Assembly: GCA_951406725.2 (NCBI GenBank)
Contig: OX597823.1
Coordinates: 58,466,001-58,530,000 of the forward strand
Length of the DNA: 64,000 bases
Reading direction: 5' to 3'
Origin: Octopus vulgaris
Taxonomy: Eukaryota
In this document: positions 1 to 12,350 of the stretch, in pieces
Numbering within the stretch: position 1 is the stretch's first letter
How the letters are laid out: every line of letters begins with the position of its first letter
Translations under genes and position numbers: made by a program
The notes under the pieces: model-generated
Told to the model about the DNA's origin: nothing
The model's input: only the letters and a program-made list of their open reading frames with translations
Databases searched by the model: none

Positions 1-415
1 ATCCTTGTTATTAATTATCATTATGTGGGGGCAACTCCCGTCCCTCGAGTCACTCCGTTAGTTCTGCTGATTAATTATGTATATATATATATATATATAT
101 ATATGAGTATGTGTGTGTAGTAATGTTTTCAGTTCTATCACATTTATATACCTAGCTTATCATTATCAATAAGTATATATGGCAATCCCTCACTCATATC
201 GCGGTTGTCCCCTCTATGTTTAGCCCCTTGTGGGCAATAAAGAAATATATTTAAGCTTACGACAATTCTTTTGTGGTGTTGTTTCGCATTTATAATAAAA
301 TAAATATTTATAAATTAGAGAAACAATTAGAAAAAAAATATACAGTATATCAACGGCAGTGCATCAGTATGGCCGCAGCTCTGAGCTGAAACAAGAAAAC
401 GAAAAACAAAAAAAA

Positions 416-497
416 GTACTGTTTCTACTTCGCGGATTTTCACCTATTGCGGGGGTGGATTTGGAACGTAATACCCGCAATAGTCGAGGGATTACTG
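416..497. mobile_element. Short Tigger/pogo-like MITE remnant
   Basis: Imperfect inverted ends (agtactgtttctacttcgcgg ... ccgcaatagtcgagggattactg) resembling CAGTA-type TIRs. Confidence 0.35.
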
Positions 498-839
498 ATA
501 ATGTATGTATGTATATATATATATATATACATACATATATCTATCTATCTATATATAGTATACTATGCTATACGATAATTGGGGTTGATTGTGCTGAACT
601 ATTGTTATCAAGTGTCCCGGTCATCACATACAGCCTTTTTCAGGAGATGGGGTGACGCAGTCTGGTGGGAGCCCTATCAGATAATCGTTTCTAGAAGTAG
701 AGACAGTAATGATTGTGATTTACGGAAGAATTGGCTGCTATTTCTAGGATAATGAGCAACTACAGGAGTCTCGTGTGTTGGTCCGTACACATGATATATA
801 TATATATATATATACTTATACACTTTCCTCTCTCTTCAC

Positions 840-935
840 TAGGCATGCATGCGCGTGCGTTCTATATTTATAGTTTTAATAAGGCCGCAAAATAATTCGG
901 GCGAACAGAATTTGAAATGGCGCGTTCCCTCTCAG
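840..935. promoter_or_regulatory. CpG-rich patch with NRF1-like and YY1-like motifs
   Basis: GCATGCATGCGCGTGCG (NRF1-like) and AAATGGCG (YY1-like core) in an otherwise AT-rich background. Confidence 0.35.
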
Positions 936-1094
936 TATGCAACTTATACATACTTTCATATATTCGAATATACATACATATATATACACATGTATTTATA
1001 TGTATATATATGCTGAGCGCGAATGAACAATTTCAAATTCATTTCAATCGTTGCCTTATTATAATCAAATGTAGCTAGCATAATAATACATATA

Positions 1095-1131
<37 letters not shown>

Positions 1132-1381
1132 GCATATGTAGGTATGTGTGTACTTAACTACAAACTATTCTTCGAAAAATAAACAAAAGGGCCCAGGTTG
1201 AAATGTAAGCTCTCCTCGTCATCCTATTTCATGTTACCTTTTACTAATTTTATTATTTACTTAGATTAAATTAGTTTGTGTCTGCTGTCTCATTTACTCG
1301 CTACATCTAATTAACGTTATTCGTCTTTTTTTTTTTTTTGTAATTTTTTGGAATTTTCAGTTCGTCGATTTTTTTCACATG

Positions 1382-2050
1382 GTTTTTGTACGGAAATGCT
1401 AACTAGATCATAATCATATCACCATTCAGGTTGATGCAAAACCTATTATGTAGTTTTCTGTAGTCACCCATTAATGGATTCACGCTTGCTAACAAAGACG
1501 GTGCTCTATATCCGCGCACGTGCTACATTTATCAAAAATAAAATCCGATAATTATACATTTATATTTCAAATTATGTTTTGAAGATTTTATATATATATA
1601 TATTTATATTTATATATATCACATAAATAAATTTAGAGATGGAAACCAGAGGCAAGTATTCTGTGTAAACAGTTCATTGTATGTTTTTATTTTTCATTTT
1701 CACTCTCGTTTTTTGTACGGAAAAGCTAATTAAATCACAGTCATTCCACCAATACACATCGATGAGAATCAATACTGTGATTTAAATCTTCAAAATCACC
1801 CCATCAATGGATACAATATGTTTTGCTGACAAGGAGCAGGAGACCTGCATCCGCGCACGTGTTTTATTTTTTTAATTAAAAAATCAAAATTCCCGAAGAA
1901 CAATTTTAAAAGAATCCAAACAATCATATATTTTTATTTAAAATTATATACATATTTTTAAAATATAAATTACACAATATTATAACTACAAATAAATAAT
2001 AAATTTTTGACATCGAAATCAGAGCCAGTAGTTTTCCGTGTAAACAGCTC
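1382..2050 (+). repeat. Diverged tandem duplication (~330-bp unit, two copies) upstream of the gene
   Basis: Collinear blocks TTTTTGTACGGAAA-GCTAA, TCACCC-ATxAATGGAT, ATCCGCGCACGTG and GTGTAAACAG occur in both 1382-1680 and 1709-2050. Confidence 0.75.
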
Positions 2051-2160
2051 GCTGCCATGTGGTTGCTGAACTGACAGGAAGTGCGAGACAAGCATGTATG
2101 GCTGCCACTTCCTGTTATAATGGGTTGTGTGCTCGCTTCTGGCTTTGCTCTTTAAATACT
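2030..2160 (+). promoter_or_regulatory. Probable core/proximal promoter of the + strand gene
   Basis: Forkhead motif GTAAACA and two opposed ETS motifs (CAGGAAGTG, CACTTCCTG) in a locally GC-rich patch, followed by (CT)n and A-rich 5'UTR-like sequence leading to the ATG at 2890. Confidence 0.5.
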
Positions 2161-2329
2161 TCTCCCTTTCTTTCTCTGTCTCTCTCCTTGTTTCTTTCTG
2201 TCTCTCTCTATCTCTTTGTGTCTTTCTATCTCTCTATATATCTATTATTTTATTTAACTCTCCCTCTCTTTCTCTCTCTCTCCCCCATCCTCTTCATTCT
2301 GTATAGCAATATACAGTTATATACATATA

Positions 2330-2374
<45 letters not shown>

Positions 2375-2889
2375 TCACTTTTATACATACACATACAAAA
2401 ACACCAGATATTTATATCTATATAGATATAAATATATATATATATATACATACATACTTAGAAAATATATTAATTTAATTCGATGTATATGTATGTACAC
2501 ATATACAGATAAATATATGGTATGTATATACTCTTTCAATGTTCATGTACCCGCGGTTAAATTGGGGCTAAAGCAAAAACAATACAAAAAGCAAAGCAAA
2601 GCAAAACAAGGAAGATGAAGTAGAAGAAAAAGAATAATAAGAAAGAAAGAAAGGAAGAAAAAAAGGTGGGGGTAAGAAATCATAAGGAAGAAGAAAGAAA
2701 GAAAAGGAGAACAGAAAGAAACAAATAAGTAAAAGAAAAAAGAAAGAAAGAAAAAAGGACATACAAAAAGGAAAAGGAAAAAAAAATAACAGAAAAAAAC
2801 AACAACAACAACAGCATAAAAAAAAAAACAAAAAAAAAAAACCCGCCGCCGTAGTGGTTTTTGGTTGTAGGAGTTTTCTGAAGAGAACA

Positions 2890-3008
2890 ATGCCTAGACA
2901 GAAGAGACGTAGCCAGGCTGAGATGCTCATGGAGGAGGTGAGCGTTCTGATGCGGCGCGATTCCGAGACTGAGGAAGAACATGAAAATCGAATCGCACAG
3001 TATCAAAG
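2890..3008 (+). CDS. Probable first coding exon of an unidentified gene (MPRQKRRSQAEMLMEEVSVLMRRDSETEEEHENRIAQYQ-)
   Basis: ACAATG start context, stop-free GC-balanced frame in low-complexity surroundings, ends at donor AAG|GTAACA (phase 2). Too short for the ORF track; protein family not recognised. Confidence 0.65.
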
Positions 3009-4697
3009 GTAACATTCTCGCTACTAACAAGTTGTTTTCCCACTCTTCAACCTGTACCCCCCTCATAAACAAAAAAAAAAAAAAAAACTACAGTGAATTA
3101 TGCTATTGAAAAATATGGATATATATATATCTACATACACATGTATGTACCTATGTATACGTTTTATATATATATTTATGTGATACCTATCCTGGCTTCA
3201 TCATTTAATTAAACATATATATCCATATCTATATATATATATTATAAATGATGAGAATAATGCTAATAATATACATACATCCATACATATGTATGTATAG
3301 GTGAGGATGAATATCTGTGTGGAGCGTGTATATATATGTATACATACTGTAAAAGTGTAGTTGTATACATATCCGTAAAGGAGGGAAAATGCAGCTATGT
3401 ATGTATAAAGGAACGAAAATCGTGTGCATGATATGTATAGATGAATATCGTAAGTATGTGGATGAGGAAAAATAAATCCGTGTTTGTATATATAAAATAG
3501 TCTAAAGACAGTAATAAAACGAGGGTGTTTCTACATAGATTCTGGTTTATTTATGTATACAGGGAAAATGCAGATACATGCTGTATAATAGAAAGGATAT
3601 TTATGTGTATATATTTTTATAAATACAATATGCAATTAGAATATATAGTCGAGTATATTATTATATATATATATAATGAAAATGCATGTGTAAAACCACA
3701 TTAAGAAATGAAGAAAGCCAAAATATACATGTGCAACGGGAAAGGAGGGAAAATGCATATAAAATATATACGCATTTATGTTTCAATAACGAAGTGCTAA
3801 ACGAAACCACACCAGTGTGTATATAAAGGACAGTATATATATACATGAATGTATATATGTGTGTTTATATGCACATCTGTATTATACATGTGTATATAAG
3901 CCGAAAATAGCATTCGTGGCTTCGCGGTTTTTTTTCTCCATTTAAATACAAATTTAGGGTCATTCCTTCCTACGCGAAATACGTGCTTCCCACTAACAGG
4001 ATCGGGGGGAAATCTATGTATATATATATATATATATATATATACACTCGTATCACAAATATTATAGATTAGTAGAAGACAGGTATCGCTCGTGCCGGTT
4101 TTTATTTTATTATTCCTTTTAATTATCTAAATTCATTATACGTATCTTTGTGTGTGTATATGAAGGTATGTATATATGCACAACGGTAAACACAAAAAGT
4201 AAATTCGAGTTTATATAAAATTAAAACACCGATAGCGAAAGGTATATATATATATATTACACACATATACACACTTCCGTCCTCTTCGTAGTTCTCCGTA
4301 GTGGTATTATAATTAACAGTTGTAGCAATTAAAAACCACAATTATTTTGTTCAGCATTACTATTGTTATTATTATTATTATTATTATCAGCTTCATTTCG
4401 TGGTATCTTCTACGCCATTAATTAAGGAAATCTTTAATGAACAACAATTTATTTTATGAAATATAATAGCATCGAATATACATTGATGAATAATATATAT
4501 TTACAAATAAATAATAGACATTTTATCAATAATGGGGGGAACAGCGCCTTTTTTATCCTTCCCCGCCACTCTGCTTCACCCTTTCATTACACATTTCATC
4601 TAACCAGATACAAGCATCTGCTTTTCTGCATGTTTGTTAGAAGCAGATAAAAGCTGTTAGCAGTGATTATTAAGCTAATCAATCGACTAATCTGGTG

Positions 4698-4728
<31 letters not shown>

Positions 4729-5315
4729 CACACCTTTATCGAGGCGAGTTCTTAACGGTGATAATATTGAATTGATCCTTTGCTCTGATTAACGACATCC
4801 CTATGTGTGCATATGTATATATATATATATATATATACATACACCTACAGTATTTTAATAATGTAGGATGATATATATATATACCAAGGAATTATATAGA
4901 GAAGGAATGGGGGGGGATGTCTTGAATCATTCTCTTAATTTACGCTCCCTTAATTTGTATTTTCACTATTTTTCGTCCGTCTTGCATAAATTATGTTTAT
5001 GTGAGAATTTATTTTATTTTTCTCTTTTCTATATCGAAATAATTGAAATAATTATTAAAAAATTTTATATACGATTTGGAAAAAAACAAAACATGCTCAA
5101 TTGTAAAAAACCCATTTTAAAAATTATAATCGTTAGGATTTTTGCAATTCGGCAATGGAGTGAGTCTCAAAAGTAAACAAAAAAATTACACAAAAACAGA
5201 AAAATTATAACAAAACAAGGAAAGAGAAAATGAAGAAGGACGGGTGGTGTTAGTTTCGTATAGAAATTTAAATTCATTATATAAGAACGGTAAGATAAAG
5301 AACATTTAAATAAAG

Positions 5316-5356
<41 letters not shown>

Positions 5357-6378
5357 ATAATATATATATATTCATACCCCTTATGACTTAGCTTTGTGTG
5401 TGTTTATGGTGTGTATATATGTATAATAATATATTTGAACGGACTGATAGGCCTAACTAGTCGATAAATAAGTCCGGAGAGGCTGTAGACAAGTACAAGC
5501 AAATAGTGAGCTGTATTCTTGGTGTTTGTTATTACTTGGCTCAAAAGTGTTTGAAATATTGAACACAGCAGCGTGTCAAAGAAAAAGGCTTTGGTCATCG
5601 AATTAAGAATCGGAAAGATTTGGAGACTTAAGCCGAAGAAATCGTTGATCAAATGCAAGATTTCTTTCGCTATACCCTTCGTTTTGAGCTGCTTGCTGAA
5701 CACATAAGCGAAGCACATTGCTAATTCCACCGTTAGTTCGAAGTCAAAATATTCTGTAGAATTCATCTTAGCTAAGCTTTATTATTATTATTATTATTAT
5801 TAGTTATTAACTTGCTGCTGAATTTTATTTAATTTTGTTGTCTTATCTTCAATAAATAGAACAGTTTTTGTTTTGTTTTCAAATGTCTTTAAGTATGGGC
5901 TGCTCATTTCAATTCTTTCTTTTCTATTTTGTAAAGGCTTATAGGTTAAAATTTGCTAAAATTTCCTGGATCACCTATACAAAGACGTGGATATTATGTA
6001 CGTTTCTGAAATTACCTGGAAAGCTGTCAAAAATTAAACACACACACACACACACACACATGCATATACATTCACTAAAAAGGTTGGTAAATATAAGGGT
6101 TGACCTGCTTAATGTTAGTCCCTAAGATTACTGAAGCAAGATGGTTAGAAATGTATACAATCAAGGATCCATTTCATTGAGTGGAACCCAGTGTTGTTTG
6201 ATTGGACCTTTGCTTCTATGTGCAACTGGCATCAGTCTTTGTATTATCAAGGGATCTTCTTCTCTTACTTGAGTTACTAGAAATTAGGAAGAAAATATTG
6301 GATAATGTGGTCTTTGATTCAGAAAAGGGAGGGATGGTGAAGGCTGGACTATGTTTTGGTTGGAAGCCTGTTAGATAA

Positions 6379-6848
6379 CCCTTTAGCATTTAATCCGGCC
6401 CAAATATTCCACCTGTTTTATGTTAAAACTGACTGGATCCAACCTCTCGCACCTACCCTACAATGTCATTTTAAAAGTATATAGCCATACTATTTAAATT
6501 TTGAAGTTGCAAAATAATGTGTGATGGCTTCCGTGCCGGTGGCACGTAAAATGCACCAATCCGACTGTGGCCGTTGCCAGCCTCGCCTGGCACCTGTGCA
6601 GGTGGGATGTAAAAAGCACCCACTACACTCACGGAGTGGTCGGCGTTAGGAAGGGCATCCAGCTGTAGAAACACTGCCAGATCAGACTGGAGCCTGGTGC
6701 AGCCTTCTGGCTTCCCAGATCCCCAGTCGAACTGTCCAACCCATGCTAGCATGGAGAACGGATGTTAAACGATGATGATGATGATTAATTCAAAACAGTA
6801 TGAATAAATAAGCAATAAATTTCACAAAGAAATCTGAATGCTAAAGGG
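6379..6848 (-). mobile_element. piggyBac-type MITE (TTAA/CCCTTTAGCATT family) interrupted by an RTE 3' end
   Basis: CCCTTTAGCATT ... AATGCTAAAGGG|TTAA ends; RTE tail nested at ~6521-6783. Confidence 0.75.
6521..6783 (+). mobile_element. RTE LINE 3'-UTR fragment with (GAT)n tail
   Basis: Closely matches the 3' end of the LINE at 38626-40049 (GTGCCGGTGGCACGTAAAA ... CCAACCCATGCTAGCATGG ... GATGATGATG). Confidence 0.85.
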
Positions 6849-6925
6849 TTAAACATACCAGTTGATTTGTGTAGGGTCAGCTATGTACCTAGTGTTCCCT
6901 TAGAAAACTCGGTGTATGTGTGTGC

Positions 6926-7470
6926 AAGCATGGCTGTGTGGTAAGAAATTTGCTTCCCACCCGCATGGTTCTAGGTTCAGTCACACTGTGTTGCACCTTG
7001 GGCAATCAAAGCCTTATGAGTGTATTTAGTAGACGGTAACTGGAAGAAGCCCACTGCATATGTATGAGTGTGTAGCGAGTTGGCAGAGTCGTTAGCACGC
7101 TGGGCGAAGTGCTTAGCGATATTTCGTCTGCCACTACGTTCTGAGTTGAAATTCCGCCGAGGTCAGCTTTGCCTTTCATCCTTTCGGGGTCGATAAAGTA
7201 TTGCTGAAACACTGGGGTCGATGTAATTGACTATCCCCCTCCCCAAAATTTCAGACCTTGTGCCTATAGTAGAAAGGATATATATGTGTGTGTATGTATG
7301 TCACCCACTGTCACTTGGTATGTCTTTACATCCCTGTAACTTAGTGATTCAGCAAAACAGAGGTTGGTTTATTCAACTAAAATTTCACATGGCTGCTTAC
7401 CTTGTGGGCATGACTTTCATTATATCCCTGGGTTGACTAAAACCTTGTGAGTGGATTTTATAGACAGAAA
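6926..7470 (+). mobile_element. Degraded SINE family A with nested SINE family B (~7075-7280)
   Basis: TGGCTGTGTGGTAAG head and GGTTCAGTC B-box-like motif; family B motif GAGTTGAAATTCCGCCGAGGTC inside. Confidence 0.7.
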
Positions 7471-9129
7471 CTGAAAGAAACTCATCCTGTGTGTGTGTAG
7501 TGTTGTCCTAATATCATGTGACGGTTGTAAATGAGTATCACTCATACAAGTGATGTTGTTCATTGCCAGACTTCCACAGAATAGCTTATCTGGCCATGGG
7601 AATTATTATTTTGCTTGGAAACGGGTGTGGGTTCGTGTTAGGAAGGGCATCTGGCCATAAAACATCTGCCTCAACAAATTCTGTCTGACCCACCCATGCA
7701 AGCATGAGTAAGTGGATGTTAGATTATGATAAGGGTGTTTATCTCTGGGTCAACCCTGATAGGGCAAACTTAATCATAAACTTTCTAATTTGTTGAAAGG
7801 TGTATAAGACCATTGTTCATTGTGGCATTCCTCTTTTTTTTTTTTTTTTTAACCTAAGATGGTAGGGAGATATATGGTTGCTATTTCTAGATGGTTAAAT
7901 AATAAAAGTAACTTTTCTGCCAGAGATTAAGAAATATCTGGGATAGATTGGCATTCTCTCTTGGAAATGGTTTGGCTCTCATACACTTATGTCAATCTAT
8001 CCCAGATATTTCTTATCTGGAAAAATTGTTGTATTTATTATGCATCTGGTTCTTAAAGGGTTTGTCGGAGACATATAATTACACCCATATTGTCCATAAG
8101 AAGAGGTTCTTCTCTTGAGACAAATGTCCAAATATGCATGAACATGCTGAATGTTATTTATTGTATGTATATCTCATTCAGTACTGCATTATGCTCCTCT
8201 AATTAATTCCATCTTGAAAAACCCATTTGCACGTCTGCAAATGTACCATTTGCTATTTTAATAAAAGTGCAACCATCTCTTGGAGCATAAATGATGGCTT
8301 GATATATGTAGATGATGAAGCATAACAATGCAGAAATGCATGTGTCCTACATTCCTGGTTCAGTGGTATGTTTACACCCATATTGTCTAAATGGCGGATT
8401 TTAGAGACAATTTTTGCAGCATATTGTCTTTCTTTGTCAGAGTGGCATTAAATATGATTTTACATAACTACATAAAGTTAAAAGCTTTTGTAGGAGACAG
8501 CAGTGACCAGTTGGGGAAGTCCTGCATTAAGCAACTATTATCATGTTTTCCCTGTATATGACCAATGTAATCGATAATGTTGTTGAACCCAGGGTTGTTA
8601 GCCTCAATCAGGCAGGCCTATTTTGAAAGTCATGAACATTTTTGTTTCATTTAGTTGTGTATTATGTTATCCAGTGTATCCTTCATAAATTATACATTAC
8701 AAGCATATAGATATAATAAGAGAGTTCTCTGCCTGGGGTCCTCAAAGGAAGCACTAAATGGCCATGAGCCAAATTCAAAATTTGATAAGTAGATGGATCT
8801 TTAAAAAACTTTGGGGTCCATGGGAAAATACATCTAAATATCAGGTTCCCTTGGTAATGAAAATATTAGGAACCGCTGACGTGGTCTTATAAAGATTTCG
8901 TAGTAATGGAATATGCTGTCCTTGTCACTATTTTTGTCTATTATTCCATTGGTGGACAATACATTGGCCTTTCCTGGCTGCAAGATCCTGTGTTCTTTGG
9001 TTAGTTGTAATGATCTAATGATTCTCTTTCTTGATCTGCTGGTTTAGTTCTGAGTCTGCTTTATCATAATTTCTTGCTAGTTGTGATCCTGTATTGTCTC
9101 TTTTGTGAGTCTCAGCTTCCTGAGATGAG

Positions 9130-9300
9130 CTTTCACTAATTCCTCCCCTGACTTCCTTCTTCAAGTTCCTTCCATTTGGATTGCTAAGCACTTCTTGACC
9201 CAGTTATCATTTTCCATATGCATATGTCCATACTAGTGTAACCAGTATTTGTTCTTGCAAGTCTTCTTTATTCATGTCTGTTTTGCTATCATCACTAACA
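9130..9300 (-). mobile_element. Old RTE reverse-transcriptase C-terminal fragment
   Basis: Minus strand reads YGHMHMENDNWVKKCLAIQMEGT, like [24 protein letters not shown] of the 38.7-kb LINE. Confidence 0.55.
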
Positions 9301-9505
9301 AGCATTATCATACGTTCTAGCCTTCAGTGAGAGAATCGCTTTATTGCTCATAGAGGTTTAGCCCTCTGAGATTTTCGCACTCCAATATTACTGTAGCTCT
9401 TGCAACTCTCTTTTCCTCTATTGATAAGGTTGCTTAGATAACAAACTGCTACCTACAAGCCCTATGTATACATAGCCCTCAGGGCAATAGAGAGGATTCA
9501 TTTCA

Positions 9506-9720
9506 GGCGAGCTGGCAGAAACAGCACACCGGGCAAAATGCTTAATGGTATTTCGTCTGCCATTACGTTCTGAGTTCAAATTCCGCCGAGGTCGACTTTG
9601 CCTTTCATCATTTCGGGGTCGATAAATTAAGTACTAGTCGTGTACTGGGGTTGATGTAATCGACTTAATCCCTTTGTTTGTCCCCTCTATGTTTAGCCTC
9701 TTGTGGGCAATAAAGAAATA
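9506..9720 (+). mobile_element. tRNA-derived SINE family B with 16-bp target-site duplication
   Basis: A-box-like AGCTGGCAGAA, B box GAGTTCAAATTCC; flanks AGAGAGGATTCATTTC / AGAGATGATTCATTTC. Confidence 0.85.
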
Positions 9721-9756
9721 AGAGATGATTCATTTCCTAGTTACTCTTATATTTAA

Positions 9757-9926
9757 CCCTTTAGCATTCACGTTATTCTGTCAAAAGTAATACTTATTTA
9801 TTCACATCGTTTTCAATGAATCAGGCATTTTATAGCTTTGAATTTTGATAAGGTAACTTAATTTTTAGAGTGATATTGTAGGGCTGGTGTGATAGGCCAG
9901 ATCTGGCTATTTTAAATGCTGAAGGG
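9757..9926 (+). mobile_element. piggyBac-type MITE
   Basis: TTAA|CCCTTTAGCATT ... AATGCTGAAGGG|TTAA. Confidence 0.8.
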
Positions 9927-10029
9927 TTAATGATGCCTGTGCATCTGTTACAAACAGTCTTCTCTTGTAAACCATCTAATTCTGCAGCATTTCTTGTGTA
10001 CCTGTAATTCACATGTGGTACAAAGTGCA

Positions 10030-10343
10030 GAGTTCCTACCAAATTTCTCTTCTGGGTTATGGTTCAGTTCCACTCTGTGGCACCTCAGGCAAGTGCCTTC
10101 TATAGCTTTGGGCCTAACAAAGCCTTATAAGTGGATTTGGAAGATGTTAACTGAAAGAAGCCCGCAGTATGTATATATGGTGCATGTGTGGCTGTGTGGT
10201 AAGAAGCTTGCTTCCCCATGACATGGTTCCAGGTTCAGTCCCACTGCGAGGGACCTTGGACAGATGTCTTCTATAGCTTCAGGCTGACCAAAGCCTTGTC
10301 AGTGGATTTGGTAGACAGAAACTGAAAGAAGCTTGTCATGTGC

Positions 10344-10379
<36 letters not shown>

Positions 10380-10590
10380 TTGTATCAGTTTCTCCTCACC
10401 ATCATTGGTTGACAACCAGTGTTGATGTGTTTACGTCCCCATAATTTAGTGGTTCGGCAAAGATGCCAATAGAATAAGTCCTAGGCTTGAAAAATAAGCC
10501 CAAGGGTCAAATTGCTTGACAAAAACATTTCAAGGTGGTGCTCCAGCATGACCACAGTGAAATAACAAACTTGTAAAAGAATAAAAGAGT
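10030..10590 (+). mobile_element. Two tandem SINE family A copies (partial plus near full length)
   Basis: Repeated GGTTCAGT-CCACTG ... AAAGCCTTG ... AACTGAAAGAAGC blocks; GTAAAAGAATAAAAGAG tail. Confidence 0.8.
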
Positions 10591-11419
10591 ATGTATGTCT
10601 GTCTCTCCTTAACAGGACATGATGTGATCATTGTAAACGAGTGTCACTGTCATACAAGTGTTGTCCTTTGTTTCAGACCTTCCATATCTGGGTCATGGGG
10701 AAATATTACTTTCCATGCATACAGGTTAGAGTTGGTGACATGGAGGGCATTCTACTGTTGAAAATCGATCTCAACAAATTTGTCTGTCCCATGCAAGCAT
10801 GGAACTGTAGATGTTAATATGATGATATTGAGCATAGCCACCTCACTAATGGCTGTAGAGTGCTGTCTTTGCACTTTATTAAAACATCTGTTTTCAGGTT
10901 TACTGAGAAGGTTCTTGATTTGAGGTTTCAGTTCCACGTTTGAAATGTTTTGATTCTTCAATAAGTTCAACTGTTAAAACTAAGTTGTAGATGTATAGAA
11001 GTTCCATGGATAGCCAGTCTTAAACTTCTCTAAAATGGTTTAGAAAACTATAATATAAAATACTGGGGTAAGAACCAAGCCATAATATACATACACATCA
11101 TTTAATGTCTGTTTTACATGCTGGTATGGGTTGGACTATTTGATTGAAGTTGACAAGCCAAAGAGCTGCACCAGGCTCCCTATTAAATGGCCTCCTTAAT
11201 GCCAACCACTTTACAGTGTGTACTGGGTATTTTTTATGTGGCACCAGCACAGTTGCCTTTTATGTGATGCCAACACAGGTGCTTGAACTCTTTGATAATT
11301 CTCACTGCTGACACCATTTCTCTGTACTTGGGCTGCATGGTTCTCACAAACCATCCATATATATCTAATTGTTTTTTGGTGACTTCCACACTACACACTG
11401 TGTTACTCTGTCAAAGGTA

Positions 11420-11630
11420 TTAGCACACTTGGCGAAATGCATAGCTGTATTTTGTCTGCTGTTACGCTCTGAGTTCAAATCCTGCCGAGGTCGACTTTGC
11501 CTTTCATCCTTTCGGGGTCAATAAATTAAGTACCAGTTACGCACTGGGGTCGATACAATCGACTTAATCCGTGTGTCTGTCCTTGTTTGTCCTCTCTGTG
11601 TTTAGCCCCTTGTGGGTAGTAAAGAAATAG
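11420..11630 (+). mobile_element. SINE family B
   Basis: Matches 9506-9720, including GAGTTCAAATCC and the TTTAGCCCCTTGTGGG tail. Confidence 0.8.
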
Positions 11631-12206
11631 GTATTCTCCTGGTAATGAAGGCTATGTGTAGTACGTTGCTGTTGGCTCAGAGGCTTGTTCTACTTGGAAG
11701 ATGGGCATCAGTGTTCACTGTCCTGTCTCCAATCTGAACTGCATCACCTCTAAGCCAATTCCTTAATTTAATAGTTGTGCCTCAAACTCTTTCTCACTAA
11801 TGTAATCTAACTGATCAGTTTGATGCCTTTGTAGTTGTTTCTTTATTGAGTGTCTTCTTATAACAATAGATAATGCTGCTGCTGTCATTTATGGGATATG
11901 TTGGCTCCCTGTATTACATAATCATCATATAATGTCCACTTTTCCAGGCTTGCATGGATTGCATAGAATTTGTAGACGCAGATTTTCTATGACTGGATGC
12001 CTTTCCTGTTGCTAGCCTTCACCTGGCTATGTCAGTGATTAGTGGTGTCTTTAATTTGCTGGATTTTTTAGTATCTTGTCAACTGTCCCTGTTAGTGCAG
12101 CTCTTTTGCTTCCCTTTATATCTTTAATCTCATTTTTGATTGTATAGTTGTCACCTTCCATTAGCAGGCCTCTGCTAGTATACATGAATCATCACTTTCT
12201 CACATA

Positions 12207-12350
12207 TGGCGTTAGGAAGGGCATGCAGCTGTAGAAACTCTGCTAGATCAGATTGGAGCCTGGTGCAGCCATCTGGTTCATCAGTCCTCAGTTAAATTGT
12301 CCAAGCCATGCTAGCATGGAAAGTGGACGTTAAACAATGATGAAAATGAT
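12207..12350 (+). mobile_element. RTE 3' end
   Basis: GGCGTTAGGAAGGGCAT ... CATGCTAGCATGGAAAGTGGACGTTAAAC followed by ATG repeats. Confidence 0.8.

Noticed and set aside
2543-3072. Phe/Leu-rich minus-strand ORFs that look like membrane proteins
   Set aside because: Reverse complement of an A-rich low-complexity 5'UTR-like tract.
5404-5766. 120-aa minus-strand ORF in non-repetitive DNA
   Set aside because: No recognisable domain or convincing splice signals; it cannot be supported as coding.
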